DNA of 64,000 nt from an uncultured Fidelibacterota bacterium. GTDB taxonomy: Bacteria > Fidelibacterota > Marinisomatia > Marinisomatales > UBA8229. Numbering within the stretch: the first letter of the stretch is position 1; each line of letters begins with the position of its first letter. The notes below the pieces were generated by a model. It ran no database searches. It worked only from the letters and a program-made list of their open reading frames with translations, and was not told the origin of the DNA. A program made the translations under genes and the position numbers. Below are positions 20,523-34,931 of the stretch, in pieces. The stretch covers positions 45,175 through 109,174 of the forward strand of contig CAJWIT010000001.1 of NCBI GenBank assembly GCA_913041945.1, read 5' to 3'.

Positions 20523-21224
20523 ATGAACGCTTTCTTGAATATGAACAGACCAAAATTACACCACACTCTATTATTGTGTTATGTCAGGATAATGATCGTC
20601 CTCCTGCCTGTCCTCAGTAGTATTGCAGCACAGGAATTTACAGTAGCACGGATTCAGTACAGCGGTGGTGGTGATTGGTACAGCGATCCAAGCAGCCTGC
20701 CCAATCTTTTGAACTATCTTTCTTCCAGAACATTCATTAAATCGGTCCAAGAGGAGGTTCGTATCAAATTAACAGACAAGGAATTAACCAGTTATCCTTA
20801 CCTCTATATGACAGGACATGGAAATGTCCGATTCAGCGAAGAAGAAATTATTATTTTACGGGAATTTCTACTCAGGGGGTCATTTCTACATGCTGATGAT
20901 AATTACGGAATGGATAAATCCTTTCGTCGGGAAATGAAACGTGTTTTCCCTAACAAAGATTTTGTTGAATTACCCTATGACCATCCTCTTTTCCACTCCT
21001 ACTATGATTTCCCAAATGGTCTTCCGAAAGTACACGAACATGATGGGAAAGCCCCCCAGGCTTTTGGACTGTTCAATGAAGACCGGCTCATGGTGCTGTA
21101 CACCTATGAATGCGACCTTGGTGATGGATGGGAAGACGAGGAAGTGCACAAAGATCCCGCGGACATCCACGAGAAAGCTTTACAAATGGGTGTAAACATC
21201 ATTTACTTCGCTCTTACGCAATGA
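20523..21224 (+). CDS. DUF4159 domain protein (exported)
   Basis: ARIQYSGGGDWY, YPYLYMTGHG, DDNYG, HEHDG, DLGDGWED, MGVNI. The start could be 20541. Confidence 0.85.
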   Translation: MNAFLNMNRPKLHHTLLLCYVRIMIVLLPVLSSIAAQEFTVARIQYSGGGDWYSDPSSLPNLLNYLSSRTFIKSVQEEVRIKLTDKELTSYPYLYMTGHGNVRFSEEEIIILREFLLRGSFLHADDNYGMDKSFRREMKRVFPNKDFVELPYDHPLFHSYYDFPNGLPKVHEHDGKAPQAFGLFNEDRLMVLYTYECDLGDGWEDEEVHKDPADIHEKALQMGVNIIYFALTQ

Positions 21225-21254
21225 TCCATTATATAATAAATTTATTTTATTGAT

Positions 21255-24200
21255 ATGACAAACTCTCAAATATCTATTACTCGTATTTTAAGAGATATTC
21301 GAACTGTAAAAATCAAAAATGATCTTTATCTCTTAGGGTGGATCCTCTATGCTTCTGTCCTCAGCTTAGTACTCTTAGGGATATGCATCGAATCTGTATT
21401 CTATTTACCAGCAAATATCCGTTTAGGAACATGGAATGCCTTGCTCGTGGTTGCTTCTCTCTGTATCATCTTTATTATCATCATTCTTTTTCGAACATTC
21501 CAAAACAAAATATACCGTTTTCGCTTATCAACTATCGCTCGAAATACAGGGGTTCTTTCATTTCCAAAAAAGGATACAGTTGTTAACGCTTTGCAATTGG
21601 AGCATAGCTTGTCTCAAAGCACGTCTCAAGATCTCAGCCAGTCTTTCATACAGGAGGTCTTTCACAAGTTAACAACGTTAGAGTTAAAAGATCTTTTTCC
21701 AAAAAATGGTGTCTGGAGCTGGAAAAAAATAACACTCACTCTCTTAATTCTAGTGGCGTTATCCATCTCAATTTTCTGGAATCATAGCTCTGGCGCTGTC
21801 TATCGCTGGATACATCCCAGGACTAAATTTGCTGTACCAAAACCATTTGTTCTTGAAAGTGTCACAAAAGATATCCGCATCTTAGGGGGAGAATCGGTTT
21901 CTTTATCCATTAAGGCAACCTCCGCTCTGCCGGATACAGTTTTCCTGAGCCTCACTCCCCTGGTCAGTAAAGACATGGATTCAACTCAAACATCATCACT
22001 GCTGGTCAAATCATCGCCCGATTCAAGCAAACTCTATACATTTGTCATAAACGATATCTATCATGATTACTCTTATCAGGCATTTGTTCTTGCCGATCAC
22101 TTCTGGCAAACATGGAAAAAGGTTTCTTCCAATGAATACCGAATCCTTGTAACTGATAGGCCGACAATGGAGGATTTTTCCATCACAGTCATTCCGCCGA
22201 AATATTCCCAGTTAAAACCACAAATACAAGCAGGCAATCAGGCAAATGTCCGTGGATTAAAAGGATCAACTCTATCAATAAAACTTTCAAGCAACAGAGT
22301 GCTGGAGAAAAGTTTTTTACTGCTTGGTGACAATGAAATACAATTAACTTCTCGTGGGAAACGCGCTCAAGGAGAGTTTTTACTCCATCATGATGGTATG
22401 TTTACTGTACATCTTCTGGATAAGCGTGGAATCACGAACCGCAATCCAATCCCATACCACCTGGAGGTTATTCCAGACCTTTTCCCCGATCTGAACATAA
22501 TTGCTCCACCCCCAGTCATCGAACTTGGAGAAAGCCAGCTATTACCGCTTCATCTTGAAATTGAAGACGATTTCGGATTTTCAACACTCCAGATTGGATA
22601 TGAACTCCGCCGGCCCACCTATATTCAGGCAGATCCATTTATATCAATCTTTACAATCCCTGATCTCATACCGAAACAGCTTCATCAAAAAATATACACT
22701 GTATGGGACTTGTCCGATTTAGGGCTTATGCCAGAAGATGAGGTTCATTTTCATTTTGAGCTGTATGATAATGATGAGGTTTCCGGACCCAAAAAAACAC
22801 TTTCGGGAACTTTTATTGCTCGGTTGCCTTCCCTTGCAGATCTTTTTACTGCTATGGGGGAGAAAGAACAAAACATTATCGAAGAAACTGAAATCCAGCT
22901 TGAGGAACTCAATGCTCTTCAAGAACACCTGGAAAAAACTGATTTGGAGCTCTTGAAAAGTGAAGAAATTAACTGGGAACAACAACAAGAAATAAAAAAG
23001 ATACTGGAAGAAACCTCAGAGGAAATTGAACAGTTGAAAAAATTGACCGAAGCCATCGAAACTCTGGAAGAATCTGGGGAAAAACATGGTCTTTTTTCAC
23101 AGGACCTTATGGAAAAATTCCAAGAATTGCAGAACCTCGTGAATGAATTAATTTCTGAAGATCTGCTCATGAATATGGATGAGGTCCGGAATGCCCTAGA
23201 AAATATGGATATGAAAGACCTCATGTCCGCTATGGATCAATTATCTCAAAACATGAAGCAGATTGAACAGGAGCTTGATCGATTTATTGATATTCTAAAA
23301 CGCATACAGGCAGAACAAATGACCTATGAAATCACTAAACGCCTTGAGCAGCTTGTTAAAGAACAGAATGTTCTAAATGATAATATTCAGCAAACCAATG
23401 AAACTACTGATCCTTCTGAATTTTCCAGGCTGGAGCAGGAAGAAAAAAGAAATCTGGAAGAATTCCAAAACATCCTGGATATCATGGAGGATGCTTCATA
23501 TCTTATGGAGGAATACAGCAAGTCTTCTTCTGAGGCGATGGAGAACCTTTCCCAGTCCGAGCTGGCAGAAGAAACCGAATCAAATCTTTCTGAGTCTGCC
23601 AATCAATTAAGAGAGGAAGCCTCTTCCTCCTCCAAACAAGCCAGCCGTTCTGCACTCAAAAATCTCCAGTCATTTCATCAAATGGCACTGAACATTCAAC
23701 AACAATTCCAGCAGGAAACCGCTTCCGAAATGGCAGGAGAATTTCAATCAATTATGCAGGACATTCTCACGCTTTCAAAATCCCAAGAATCTCTTCATGA
23801 AACAACCTCCGGGATTCCAAGAAACTCCCCCCGAATAAAGGATCTTGCAGTGCACCAGCAAATGCTGAGCGACCAACTCACTCAGGTTATGTCAGCACTA
23901 ATGGATCTGTCCAAAAAAACCTTTGCTGTTACACCACAAATAGGAAAGTCTTTAGGGAGGGCATCAGCAGAGATTAAAGAGTCCATTGGTAATCTTGCTG
24001 AACGAAAAGGGAATAATGCCAAATCACATCAGGCACTTGCCATGAAGTCTCTGAATGAGGCCGCCTTAGAAATATACAATACCATTCAGCAAATGCAGTC
24101 CGATGGATCAGCCAGTGGATTTGAACAATTTCTTGCACAGATGGAAGGCCTGTCTGGGCAGCAGAAATCTATTAACAGCCAGGGAATGCAGCTTGCCTTT

Positions 24201-24719
24201 AGCCAGCTTGCTGCGAACGCACAGCAGGCTATGATGCAACAAATGCTTTCTAGCCAAAAGCAGGTGCAAAAATCTTTGCAGGAACTCATGAATGAAATGG
24301 CAGAGTCCGGACACCAGGGTCTTGGAGATATGAGTGGTGCAGCACAGGAAATGGAAGAAGTAATTAAAGACCTTAAATCTCGAAAATATTCACGGAAAAC
24401 ATATGAAAGACAGGAACGCATCCTTTCCCGAATGCTGGACTCTCAAAAATCCTTAACAAGACGAGGACAGAAGGAAGAACGGTTGGCAACAACAGCAAAC
24501 CAAAACAATGTATTTATAGGCCCATCAGGTCTCCCCGTTGATTTGGGACAAAGGCAAAGCATCACTATTGAAGCATTGAATCGGGCAATGAAGGCCGGAT
24601 ATTCTCGGGATTATCAGACAATGATCCGACGTTATTTTAATGCTGTAGGTCAAGCGAGTTTTTTAGAAACCTCTAAAGAGCCTCAAAATATTATCAATGA
24701 AAACATTGAAAATGAATAA
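21255..24719 (+). CDS. DUF4175-like membrane-anchored protein with long Q/E-rich coiled coil
   Basis: Three N-terminal TM segments, Ig-like domains with DDFG and DNDEVSGPK, a long helical tail, ILSRMLD and IRRYF near the C-terminus. Confidence 0.75.
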   Translation: MTNSQISITRILRDIRTVKIKNDLYLLGWILYASVLSLVLLGICIESVFYLPANIRLGTWNALLVVASLCIIFIIIILFRTFQNKIYRFRLSTIARNTGVLSFPKKDTVVNALQLEHSLSQSTSQDLSQSFIQEVFHKLTTLELKDLFPKNGVWSWKKITLTLLILVALSISIFWNHSSGAVYRWIHPRTKFAVPKPFVLESVTKDIRILGGESVSLSIKATSALPDTVFLSLTPLVSKDMDSTQTSSLLVKSSPDSSKLYTFVINDIYHDYSYQAFVLADHFWQTWKKVSSNEYRILVTDRPTMEDFSITVIPPKYSQLKPQIQAGNQANVRGLKGSTLSIKLSSNRVLEKSFLLLGDNEIQLTSRGKRAQGEFLLHHDGMFTVHLLDKRGITNRNPIPYHLEVIPDLFPDLNIIAPPPVIELGESQLLPLHLEIEDDFGFSTLQIGYELRRPTYIQADPFISIFTIPDLIPKQLHQKIYTVWDLSDLGLMPEDEVHFHFELYDNDEVSGPKKTLSGTFIARLPSLADLFTAMGEKEQNIIEETEIQLEELNALQEHLEKTDLELLKSEEINWEQQQEIKKILEETSEEIEQLKKLTEAIETLEESGEKHGLFSQDLMEKFQELQNLVNELISEDLLMNMDEVRNALENMDMKDLMSAMDQLSQNMKQIEQELDRFIDILKRIQAEQMTYEITKRLEQLVKEQNVLNDNIQQTNETTDPSEFSRLEQEEKRNLEEFQNILDIMEDASYLMEEYSKSSSEAMENLSQSELAEETESNLSESANQLREEASSSSKQASRSALKNLQSFHQMALNIQQQFQQETASEMAGEFQSIMQDILTLSKSQESLHETTSGIPRNSPRIKDLAVHQQMLSDQLTQVMSALMDLSKKTFAVTPQIGKSLGRASAEIKESIGNLAERKGNNAKSHQALAMKSLNEAALEIYNTIQQMQSDGSASGFEQFLAQMEGLSGQQKSINSQGMQLAFSQLAANAQQAMMQQMLSSQKQVQKSLQELMNEMAESGHQGLGDMSGAAQEMEEVIKDLKSRKYSRKTYERQERILSRMLDSQKSLTRRGQKEERLATTANQNNVFIGPSGLPVDLGQRQSITIEALNRAMKAGYSRDYQTMIRRYFNAVGQASFLETSKEPQNIINENIENE

Positions 24720-26583
24720 AAATTCCCTCACCATTTTACTCCCCCTTTTTCTGGGAATACAAATTTTATACAGTCAAAGCTCTTCAGCCGCTTTAAAAAC
24801 GGCTGCCCTTATGGAAAAACGGGGAAACCTGGAAAATGCCGTTGCCATTTATGAAGGATTACTAAATAATGAACCAAAAAATTTACAGGCATACCGAAAG
24901 TTAAAAAACGTATACAAAAAACTGGAAAACTATCCAAAAATGGTCCTTTTAATTAAAGAACACATAAAATTATTTCCTAATGATCTCCAGTCCCATTTAG
25001 AGTTGGGAGAAGCTAAGTATCTTAATAAAAATATTAAAGGTGCAGAAAAAATATGGAATGATTTAGAATCTAAGTTTGGTAATACTCCCAACACTTATCG
25101 AATCCTCATGTATATGTACAGCCGATTGTCACTCCAAGAAGAAATGGAGGCTGTGGTGTACCGGGGACGTGAAAAACTTAATAATCATGCTTTACTTTCC
25201 CTGGATCTGGCAAATTACTATAAGGCACGAAGAGTATTTGATAAAGCCATGGATGAATTTATTCGTTACCTTATTGCAAATCTCCGGCAGAAAAAGATGA
25301 TTACAGACAGGATTCTCCACATGAGCGATGAAGAAGAAGCTCGTGCCGTGATTGAAAAAAAGATTCTAGAAAATGTAGCAAAAAACGAATCAGCTTTACG
25401 GGTACTGGCTGCCTCATTTTATTTTAAAACCGGTAATTACACGAAGGCTTTTAATCAACACTATACTCTGGGATTTACAACCAAGGAAGATATGATACGC
25501 TGGTTAGGTTTTGCTGATAATCTTCGGCGGGAAAGGAAATATGAGCTGACAGTCAAAGCCTATGAACTACTCCTCTCTCCTGAGTTAATATCCAATAACA
25601 CCAAAATTATAGGACAAGCTTTGCTGGGACTGGGACTCACTTTTGAAGATAAAATTATCCCCAGCCAGAACAAATTTCCCCTGGTTCAATATTTTCCTGA
25701 TAATATATTTTTTGAAAATCATTTTTACGACGATCAAAATCTCTCTTTTGCCTCACTTGAAACCGCATTTCAATTCTATGACTCTTTACTGGTTAAAATG
25801 CCTGTTTCATCCTTTTCGGCTTCCGCCCACTTCCGGCTTGGTGAAATACAATATAGGATAACAATGGATTATGATGGGGCTTCCAGATCATACGAAACAG
25901 CTTTACGTTCCAAACCTAAAAAAACGCTGGAAAATGATATTCGTTTGCGAATAGGGGATCTTTATCTGGCTAAAGGTGACACAACTGCCGCCCTGGCTTA
26001 TTTTGAACACGAACGCTCTAGGGGAACAACATTTCTCAACCGTCTCATTCAGGCTAATTTACTTGCAGGGCGCCCAGACACCGCCATGGTTCTTATTAAA
26101 TCTGCCCTGAGAACCATTCGCCCGGAAGCAGCTTCTTTTAACGATTTATTGGAATTACGTGACCTTATCCAACAACACTATCTCTCCGGCTCTTCGGAAG
26201 ACCGAATGGCGTTTGAACTATTCTTTTCTTCAGAGTTTCTGATCCGCCAAAAAAAGCTTTCAGAATCAGCAGAGACATTATATTACCTACGGGAACAATA
26301 TCCCAATGCCTCTATCCTGTCACAGGCAATTCTTAGGGAAGCCCTCATCCGCAAAACCTTGAATCAGATTCCGGAAGCACTGCTTCTGGCTGAAAAACTC
26401 ACGCAGACTCAACATGGAGATATTGGGTGGGTACTTTATGGTGAGATCCTGGAAAAATCAAAAAACGAACCCAAAAAAGCTTTAGATTATTATTACAGGG
26501 TTTTAGAAGAGTTCCCCACATCTCTTTTGTGTGAACCAGTTCGGTTTCATGTGAGAAAATTAAATGAAAAGCTGAAAAGCTGA
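24712..26583 (+). CDS. Exported tetratricopeptide-repeat protein
   Basis: Signal peptide and multiple TPR-like repeats (AHFRLGEIQY, ALDYYYRVLEEFP). The ORF extends to 24697. Confidence 0.8.
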   Translation: MNKNSLTILLPLFLGIQILYSQSSSAALKTAALMEKRGNLENAVAIYEGLLNNEPKNLQAYRKLKNVYKKLENYPKMVLLIKEHIKLFPNDLQSHLELGEAKYLNKNIKGAEKIWNDLESKFGNTPNTYRILMYMYSRLSLQEEMEAVVYRGREKLNNHALLSLDLANYYKARRVFDKAMDEFIRYLIANLRQKKMITDRILHMSDEEEARAVIEKKILENVAKNESALRVLAASFYFKTGNYTKAFNQHYTLGFTTKEDMIRWLGFADNLRRERKYELTVKAYELLLSPELISNNTKIIGQALLGLGLTFEDKIIPSQNKFPLVQYFPDNIFFENHFYDDQNLSFASLETAFQFYDSLLVKMPVSSFSASAHFRLGEIQYRITMDYDGASRSYETALRSKPKKTLENDIRLRIGDLYLAKGDTTAALAYFEHERSRGTTFLNRLIQANLLAGRPDTAMVLIKSALRTIRPEAASFNDLLELRDLIQQHYLSGSSEDRMAFELFFSSEFLIRQKKLSESAETLYYLREQYPNASILSQAILREALIRKTLNQIPEALLLAEKLTQTQHGDIGWVLYGEILEKSKNEPKKALDYYYRVLEEFPTSLLCEPVRFHVRKLNEKLKS

Positions 26584-26591
26584 TCCCAAAA

Positions 26592-27851
26592 ATGAAAAGA
26601 ACAAAAATAATATTCCTATTAATTTTCATAATTCAATTTAGTTTGTGTCAGAAAATCCTGATACCGATGGACTTTTCCCAGAAAGATCATCTCAAGGCGT
26701 ACGGAATTGCCTTTGATATCCTCACTAAAAATATCAATGTGGAATGGCTCTTAAATTATCGCGGGGGTTCTTTCATGGTGGACGAATATCCTTTTATCCC
26801 TCAGGAATGTAGGATCCGGGGAGTCAGTTTTGAACGAGTCCATGAGGGAGACGTATTGTCGATTTACGGTACAATTGATCAGAACAACATGGAAGTAATC
26901 CTTCTTGAAAAAGCTCCGAAAATCGCCATTTATACCCCACCAAATAAACAACCGTGGGACGATGCAGTAACCCTTGCGCTCACCTACGCAGAAGTGCCCT
27001 ACGAATCGCTCTGGGATGAAGAGGTTTTTATCGGGGGCTTAGATAACATTGATTGGCTTCATCTTCATCATGAAGACTTTACCGGTCAATATGGAAAATT
27101 CTACCGCAATTACCACCGGGCTCCCTGGTACATTCAACAAAACAAACAGTTTAAAGCCCTGGCCTCCAGCCTGGGATTTATCTCTGTACACGAAGAAAAA
27201 AAGGCTGTAGTCAGAAGCATAAAAAATTACGTCGGCCAGGGGGGGTTTCTCTTTGCAATGTGTTCCGCTACTGATTCCTATGATATCGCCTTGGCAGAAG
27301 AAGGATTGGATGGTGCACACAGCGTCTTTGACGGGACTCCAATAACACCAAAAATTCAACAAAAATTGGATTACAGTAAAACGTTTGCCTTTACTGATTT
27401 TTCTATTATCACCGATCCTATGATTTATGAATATTCCGATATTGACTACCCACCCAGCAATAAACCAGTGACCCGGGGTGCAGAAGCAGACTATTTTTCA
27501 CTCTTTGAATTTTCTGCAAAATATGATCCTGTCCCCGCAATGCTTACTCAGAATCATGTGGGTGTTGTAAAGGGTTTTATGGGCCAGACTACGGGATTTC
27601 TTAAAGATAAAATCAAGAAACACATTATCATTATGGGAGAAGACCCTGCTTCAGACCAGGTAAAATATTTACATGGGAGTTTTGGAAAAGGAGCCTTCGC
27701 GTTTCTGGCTGGGCATGATCCGGAAGATTATCAGCATTTTGTCGGTGATCCGCCCACCGATCTTTCGCTTCACAGGAATTCTCCCGGGTATCGCTTAATA
27801 CTCAATAATATTCTCTTCCCGGCAGCCAAGAAAAAAGAACGAAAAACATAA
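26592..27851 (+). CDS. Conserved FCB-type exported protein (often mislabelled 'asparagine synthetase B'); probable class-I glutamine amidotransferase-like fold
   Basis: HLKAYG, WLLNYRGGSF, PWDDAVTLALTYAE, DWLHLHHEDFTGQYGKF, GGFLFAMCSATD, GHDPEDYQH; signal peptide; no AsnB motifs. Confidence 0.7.
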   Translation: MKRTKIIFLLIFIIQFSLCQKILIPMDFSQKDHLKAYGIAFDILTKNINVEWLLNYRGGSFMVDEYPFIPQECRIRGVSFERVHEGDVLSIYGTIDQNNMEVILLEKAPKIAIYTPPNKQPWDDAVTLALTYAEVPYESLWDEEVFIGGLDNIDWLHLHHEDFTGQYGKFYRNYHRAPWYIQQNKQFKALASSLGFISVHEEKKAVVRSIKNYVGQGGFLFAMCSATDSYDIALAEEGLDGAHSVFDGTPITPKIQQKLDYSKTFAFTDFSIITDPMIYEYSDIDYPPSNKPVTRGAEADYFSLFEFSAKYDPVPAMLTQNHVGVVKGFMGQTTGFLKDKIKKHIIIMGEDPASDQVKYLHGSFGKGAFAFLAGHDPEDYQHFVGDPPTDLSLHRNSPGYRLILNNILFPAAKKKERKT

Positions 27852-27864
27852 TCACTTATTTAAT

Positions 27865-28284
27865 ATGTGGGTTCAAAAAGAGATTTCACTACCATCGAAA
27901 CCTAGAGGTTTTCATCTGATCACGACTGAAATTCTTAAGAAAATGCCCATTATAAAAACCATCAACATTGGGTTACTACATGTTTTTATCAAACATACTT
28001 CTGCTTCACTTACTATCAATGAAAATGCTGACCCCAGTGTCCGAACAGATTTTGAATCACATTTTAATCATTTAGCACCAGAGAATCAGCCATATTATAT
28101 ACATACATTAGAAGGGTCTGATGACATGCCGGCTCATATAAAATCTTCTGTTTTAGGGTCATCTGTCAGTATCCCCATCTCTAATGGAAAACTAAACCTA
28201 GGAACCTGGCAGGGGATATATTTATGTGAGCACCGGGATCGCGGCGGCAGTCGCAGAATTGTGATTACAATAAACGGAAATTAA
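27865..28284 (+). CDS. yjbQ: YjbQ / UPF0047 family protein
   Basis: HTSASLTINENADP, DDMPAHIKS, LGTWQGIYLCEHR. Confidence 0.92.
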   Translation: MWVQKEISLPSKPRGFHLITTEILKKMPIIKTINIGLLHVFIKHTSASLTINENADPSVRTDFESHFNHLAPENQPYYIHTLEGSDDMPAHIKSSVLGSSVSIPISNGKLNLGTWQGIYLCEHRDRGGSRRIVITINGN

Positions 28285-28288
28285 TTTT

Positions 28289-28311
28289 CACATACAAAAA
28301 ACCCCACGAAT
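28289..28311. repeat. Dispersed direct repeat, copy A (23 bp)
   Basis: CACATACAAAAAACCCCACGAAT matches 29401-29423 at 22/23. Confidence 0.8.
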
Positions 28312-28321
28312 GTGGGGCTTT
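28296..28321. terminator. Intrinsic (probably bidirectional) terminator between convergent genes
   Basis: AAAAAACCCCAC-GAAT-GTGGGGCTTT hairpin between yjbQ and the dioxygenase gene; 6-U tail on the minus strand. Confidence 0.75.
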
Positions 28322-28385
28322 CACTTAAAACCTATCCTTATTTAATAATGATATTCTCAGATAAAATGATTTGTCAAGAGTTTGC

Positions 28386-29297
28386 TTATTTCAAAAAAAC
28401 TATCTTTTTTGATGCAGTAAACCCTGCATATTTCAATACAACTAAATAAGAACCGGAAGAAACGGGATTTCCAGTTGCATCAATGCCTTTCCAATTGAAT
28501 GAATGGGTTCCGTTAGATAAATGATTTTCCACTATACTGGTTATCCATTTCCCCTTGATATCGTAGATGCCTATGCTCACGTGTCCCGGTCCTGAAATAC
28601 TGAATTCAATTCGGGTAGAATTGTTAAATGGGTTTGGATAAGCTTGACGTAAAACCGGTTTTTCGGGAAGCGGGACCGTTTCACCATTAATTCCAGCCTG
28701 GATCTCTTCTTCATCCATCACAATATCAAAAATGCCAATAAGCCCATTTTCACCTTCACCTAACGGTATAATTTGTCCGGGATGATCGGCTTCCCATTGT
28801 TCAGTAACCTGCGGGTCTCCTTCGAAGTAACATTGAGTGACCAGTTCTAATCCGTTAGGTGTCGTAATCTTATAATGAAAATGTTTAGGGCGGGTGGCAT
28901 AATATCCCGGCCAGATAGATTCAAACGCATACTCTCCATTTTCATTGGTAAGCATTTTACCCCGAAGGTTATAAGGATCATCGTCACTGTTCCCCGTATC
29001 ACATTCCTGAAAAACAGTGTAACAACCATTGTCATTTGCATGCCAGACGTCCACGACCCCATTTTGGATGGGTGTTTCACAATCGTTTGCTTTTACGGTT
29101 CCAGAAATAAAGATGCGTGTCCCCGGTTCGTCGGAATTGGCCAAAATTATTCGGTATGGGTGATCTTCTGACCAGTAAGGTCCAAGAATATCCGGATTTG
29201 TGGTGTCGCAATCCCTGCCTTTTAATAAGGACATGGATGTCATTCCCGCTGCAAATGTTCCCACCAATCCGGTCTTAATAAATTGTCTTCTTTTCAT
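28386..29297 (-). CDS. Tat-signal intradiol ring-cleavage dioxygenase-like protein with Por/T9SS-like C-terminal domain
   Basis: MKRRQFIK twin-arginine signal; GPYW, DVWHANDNGCY, WPGYY, RPKHFH (2 Tyr + 2 His Fe ligands); YPNPFN...SGSYLV...KKIVFLK tail. Confidence 0.85.
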   Translation of the reverse strand: MKRRQFIKTGLVGTFAAGMTSMSLLKGRDCDTTNPDILGPYWSEDHPYRIILANSDEPGTRIFISGTVKANDCETPIQNGVVDVWHANDNGCYTVFQECDTGNSDDDPYNLRGKMLTNENGEYAFESIWPGYYATRPKHFHYKITTPNGLELVTQCYFEGDPQVTEQWEADHPGQIIPLGEGENGLIGIFDIVMDEEEIQAGINGETVPLPEKPVLRQAYPNPFNNSTRIEFSISGPGHVSIGIYDIKGKWITSIVENHLSNGTHSFNWKGIDATGNPVSSGSYLVVLKYAGFTASKKIVFLK

Positions 29298-29383
29298 AAG
29301 TCTTTATCATAACATTTATGGATTACGGCTACAATTGCAGTTATAAAAACAAAAGCAGCGGTGAGATGCGATTAATTATATTA

Positions 29384-29423
29384 AAATCTACCCATTATCC
29401 CACAAACAAAAAACCCCACGAAT
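29384..29423. repeat. Dispersed direct repeat, copy B (composite of copies A and C)
   Basis: AAATCTACCCATTATCCCACAAACAAAAAACCCCACGAAT: the first 30 bp match 35669-35698 and the last 23 bp match 28289-28311. Confidence 0.8.
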
Positions 29424-29492
29424 CATTGGAGCCATAAAGATAATCTCAATATTTTAGTATTCTGTTTAAACTTTGTGAAGGTTTATAAGGTT

Positions 29493-33902
<4,410 letters not shown>

Positions 33903-33916
<14 letters not shown>

Positions 33917-34895
33917 ATTCCACTAATTTATCTGACCACCTGTTCAGGTCTTCATTTTGCATTTTTTCCAAGAAATCAAAAGCTTGATTTTCTGTAACAG
34001 AAATGTATTTATTATCCGGGAATAATTGCTTTCTATATGCAGCCATTGTTACGGTGATGCATAAGCGGATACAAACCATATAAATTAAAGCTGACAATTC
34101 TAAAAGAGTTAATGGAAATCGCTCATGGAACCCTTTTAATACTTGTACTATGGGCTCCAATGGTTCATCTTTTCCCAGAACCACATAGGCCATACACACT
34201 GCAGGCTCACAGGCAATATATGTATATACCATATCGCCAAAATCAATTATACCGCAGGTTTCCCCATATTCATTCACCAGCACATTATGATCATTACCGT
34301 CGTTATGGATCAAGGCTTTCCTCAGTTTCGATGTAATAGGTAAAACCATCTGCTCATACTGATCAATAAAATGATCAACCACACCCTCTTTTGATTTAAG
34401 ATAATGTTTATGTTCTTTGATGAAATCTATATATGCCACATCCCAGGGAAAATCGCGATGTCCTGCAGGGTGATCAAAACCATTCATGGCGGTTCTTAAT
34501 CTTCCAAGGAAGGATCCCAATTCATAAAGCAGATCGTTATGATGAACAACATCTATTAATAATTGTCCCGGTAAGTAATCTACTAGTCTGACAAAAAACG
34601 ATGTCCCTTCATTTTCAATCGTTTTGACCTCTTTAAAAGCTAATGGCACTTGCAGTGACGGATCATATTCTTTAATGTATTGCACACATGCATTTTGCAT
34701 CTCTAGGACAGATCTATCTTCATCTGGATTGGAGATCTTCAATACATATTTTTTTTCACCTGCGTTACAAAGAAAGTTCTGATCTCGTTCACTGTTAAGA
34801 ACCGTTGTCTGGACTTTAATTCCATAGTGCACTTTGATCAATAACATTACATCCTCTACTGAATAATTTGGTGGTGGCGAACTAAATACAGACAT
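33903..34895 (-). CDS. APH-family phosphotransferase, hydroxylysine-kinase (HYKK/AGPHD1)-like
   Basis: LNSERDQNF, YVLKISN, FPWD, Brenner motif IHNDGNDHNVLV, GIIDFGD; overlaps the phospho-lyase gene. Confidence 0.82.
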
Positions 34896-34931
34896 AATTG
34901 AATAATAAGTTACAGTGTGAAATTTGTATTG

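Noticed and set aside
22860-24480. Repetitive Q/E/S-rich coding sequence that could be a tandem repeat or CRISPR array
   Set aside because: There are no exact repeat units; it is coiled-coil composition inside one long ORF.
26592-27851. Asparagine synthetase B call
   Set aside because: It has no N-terminal Cys amidotransferase domain or SGGLDS motif, and it carries a signal peptide.
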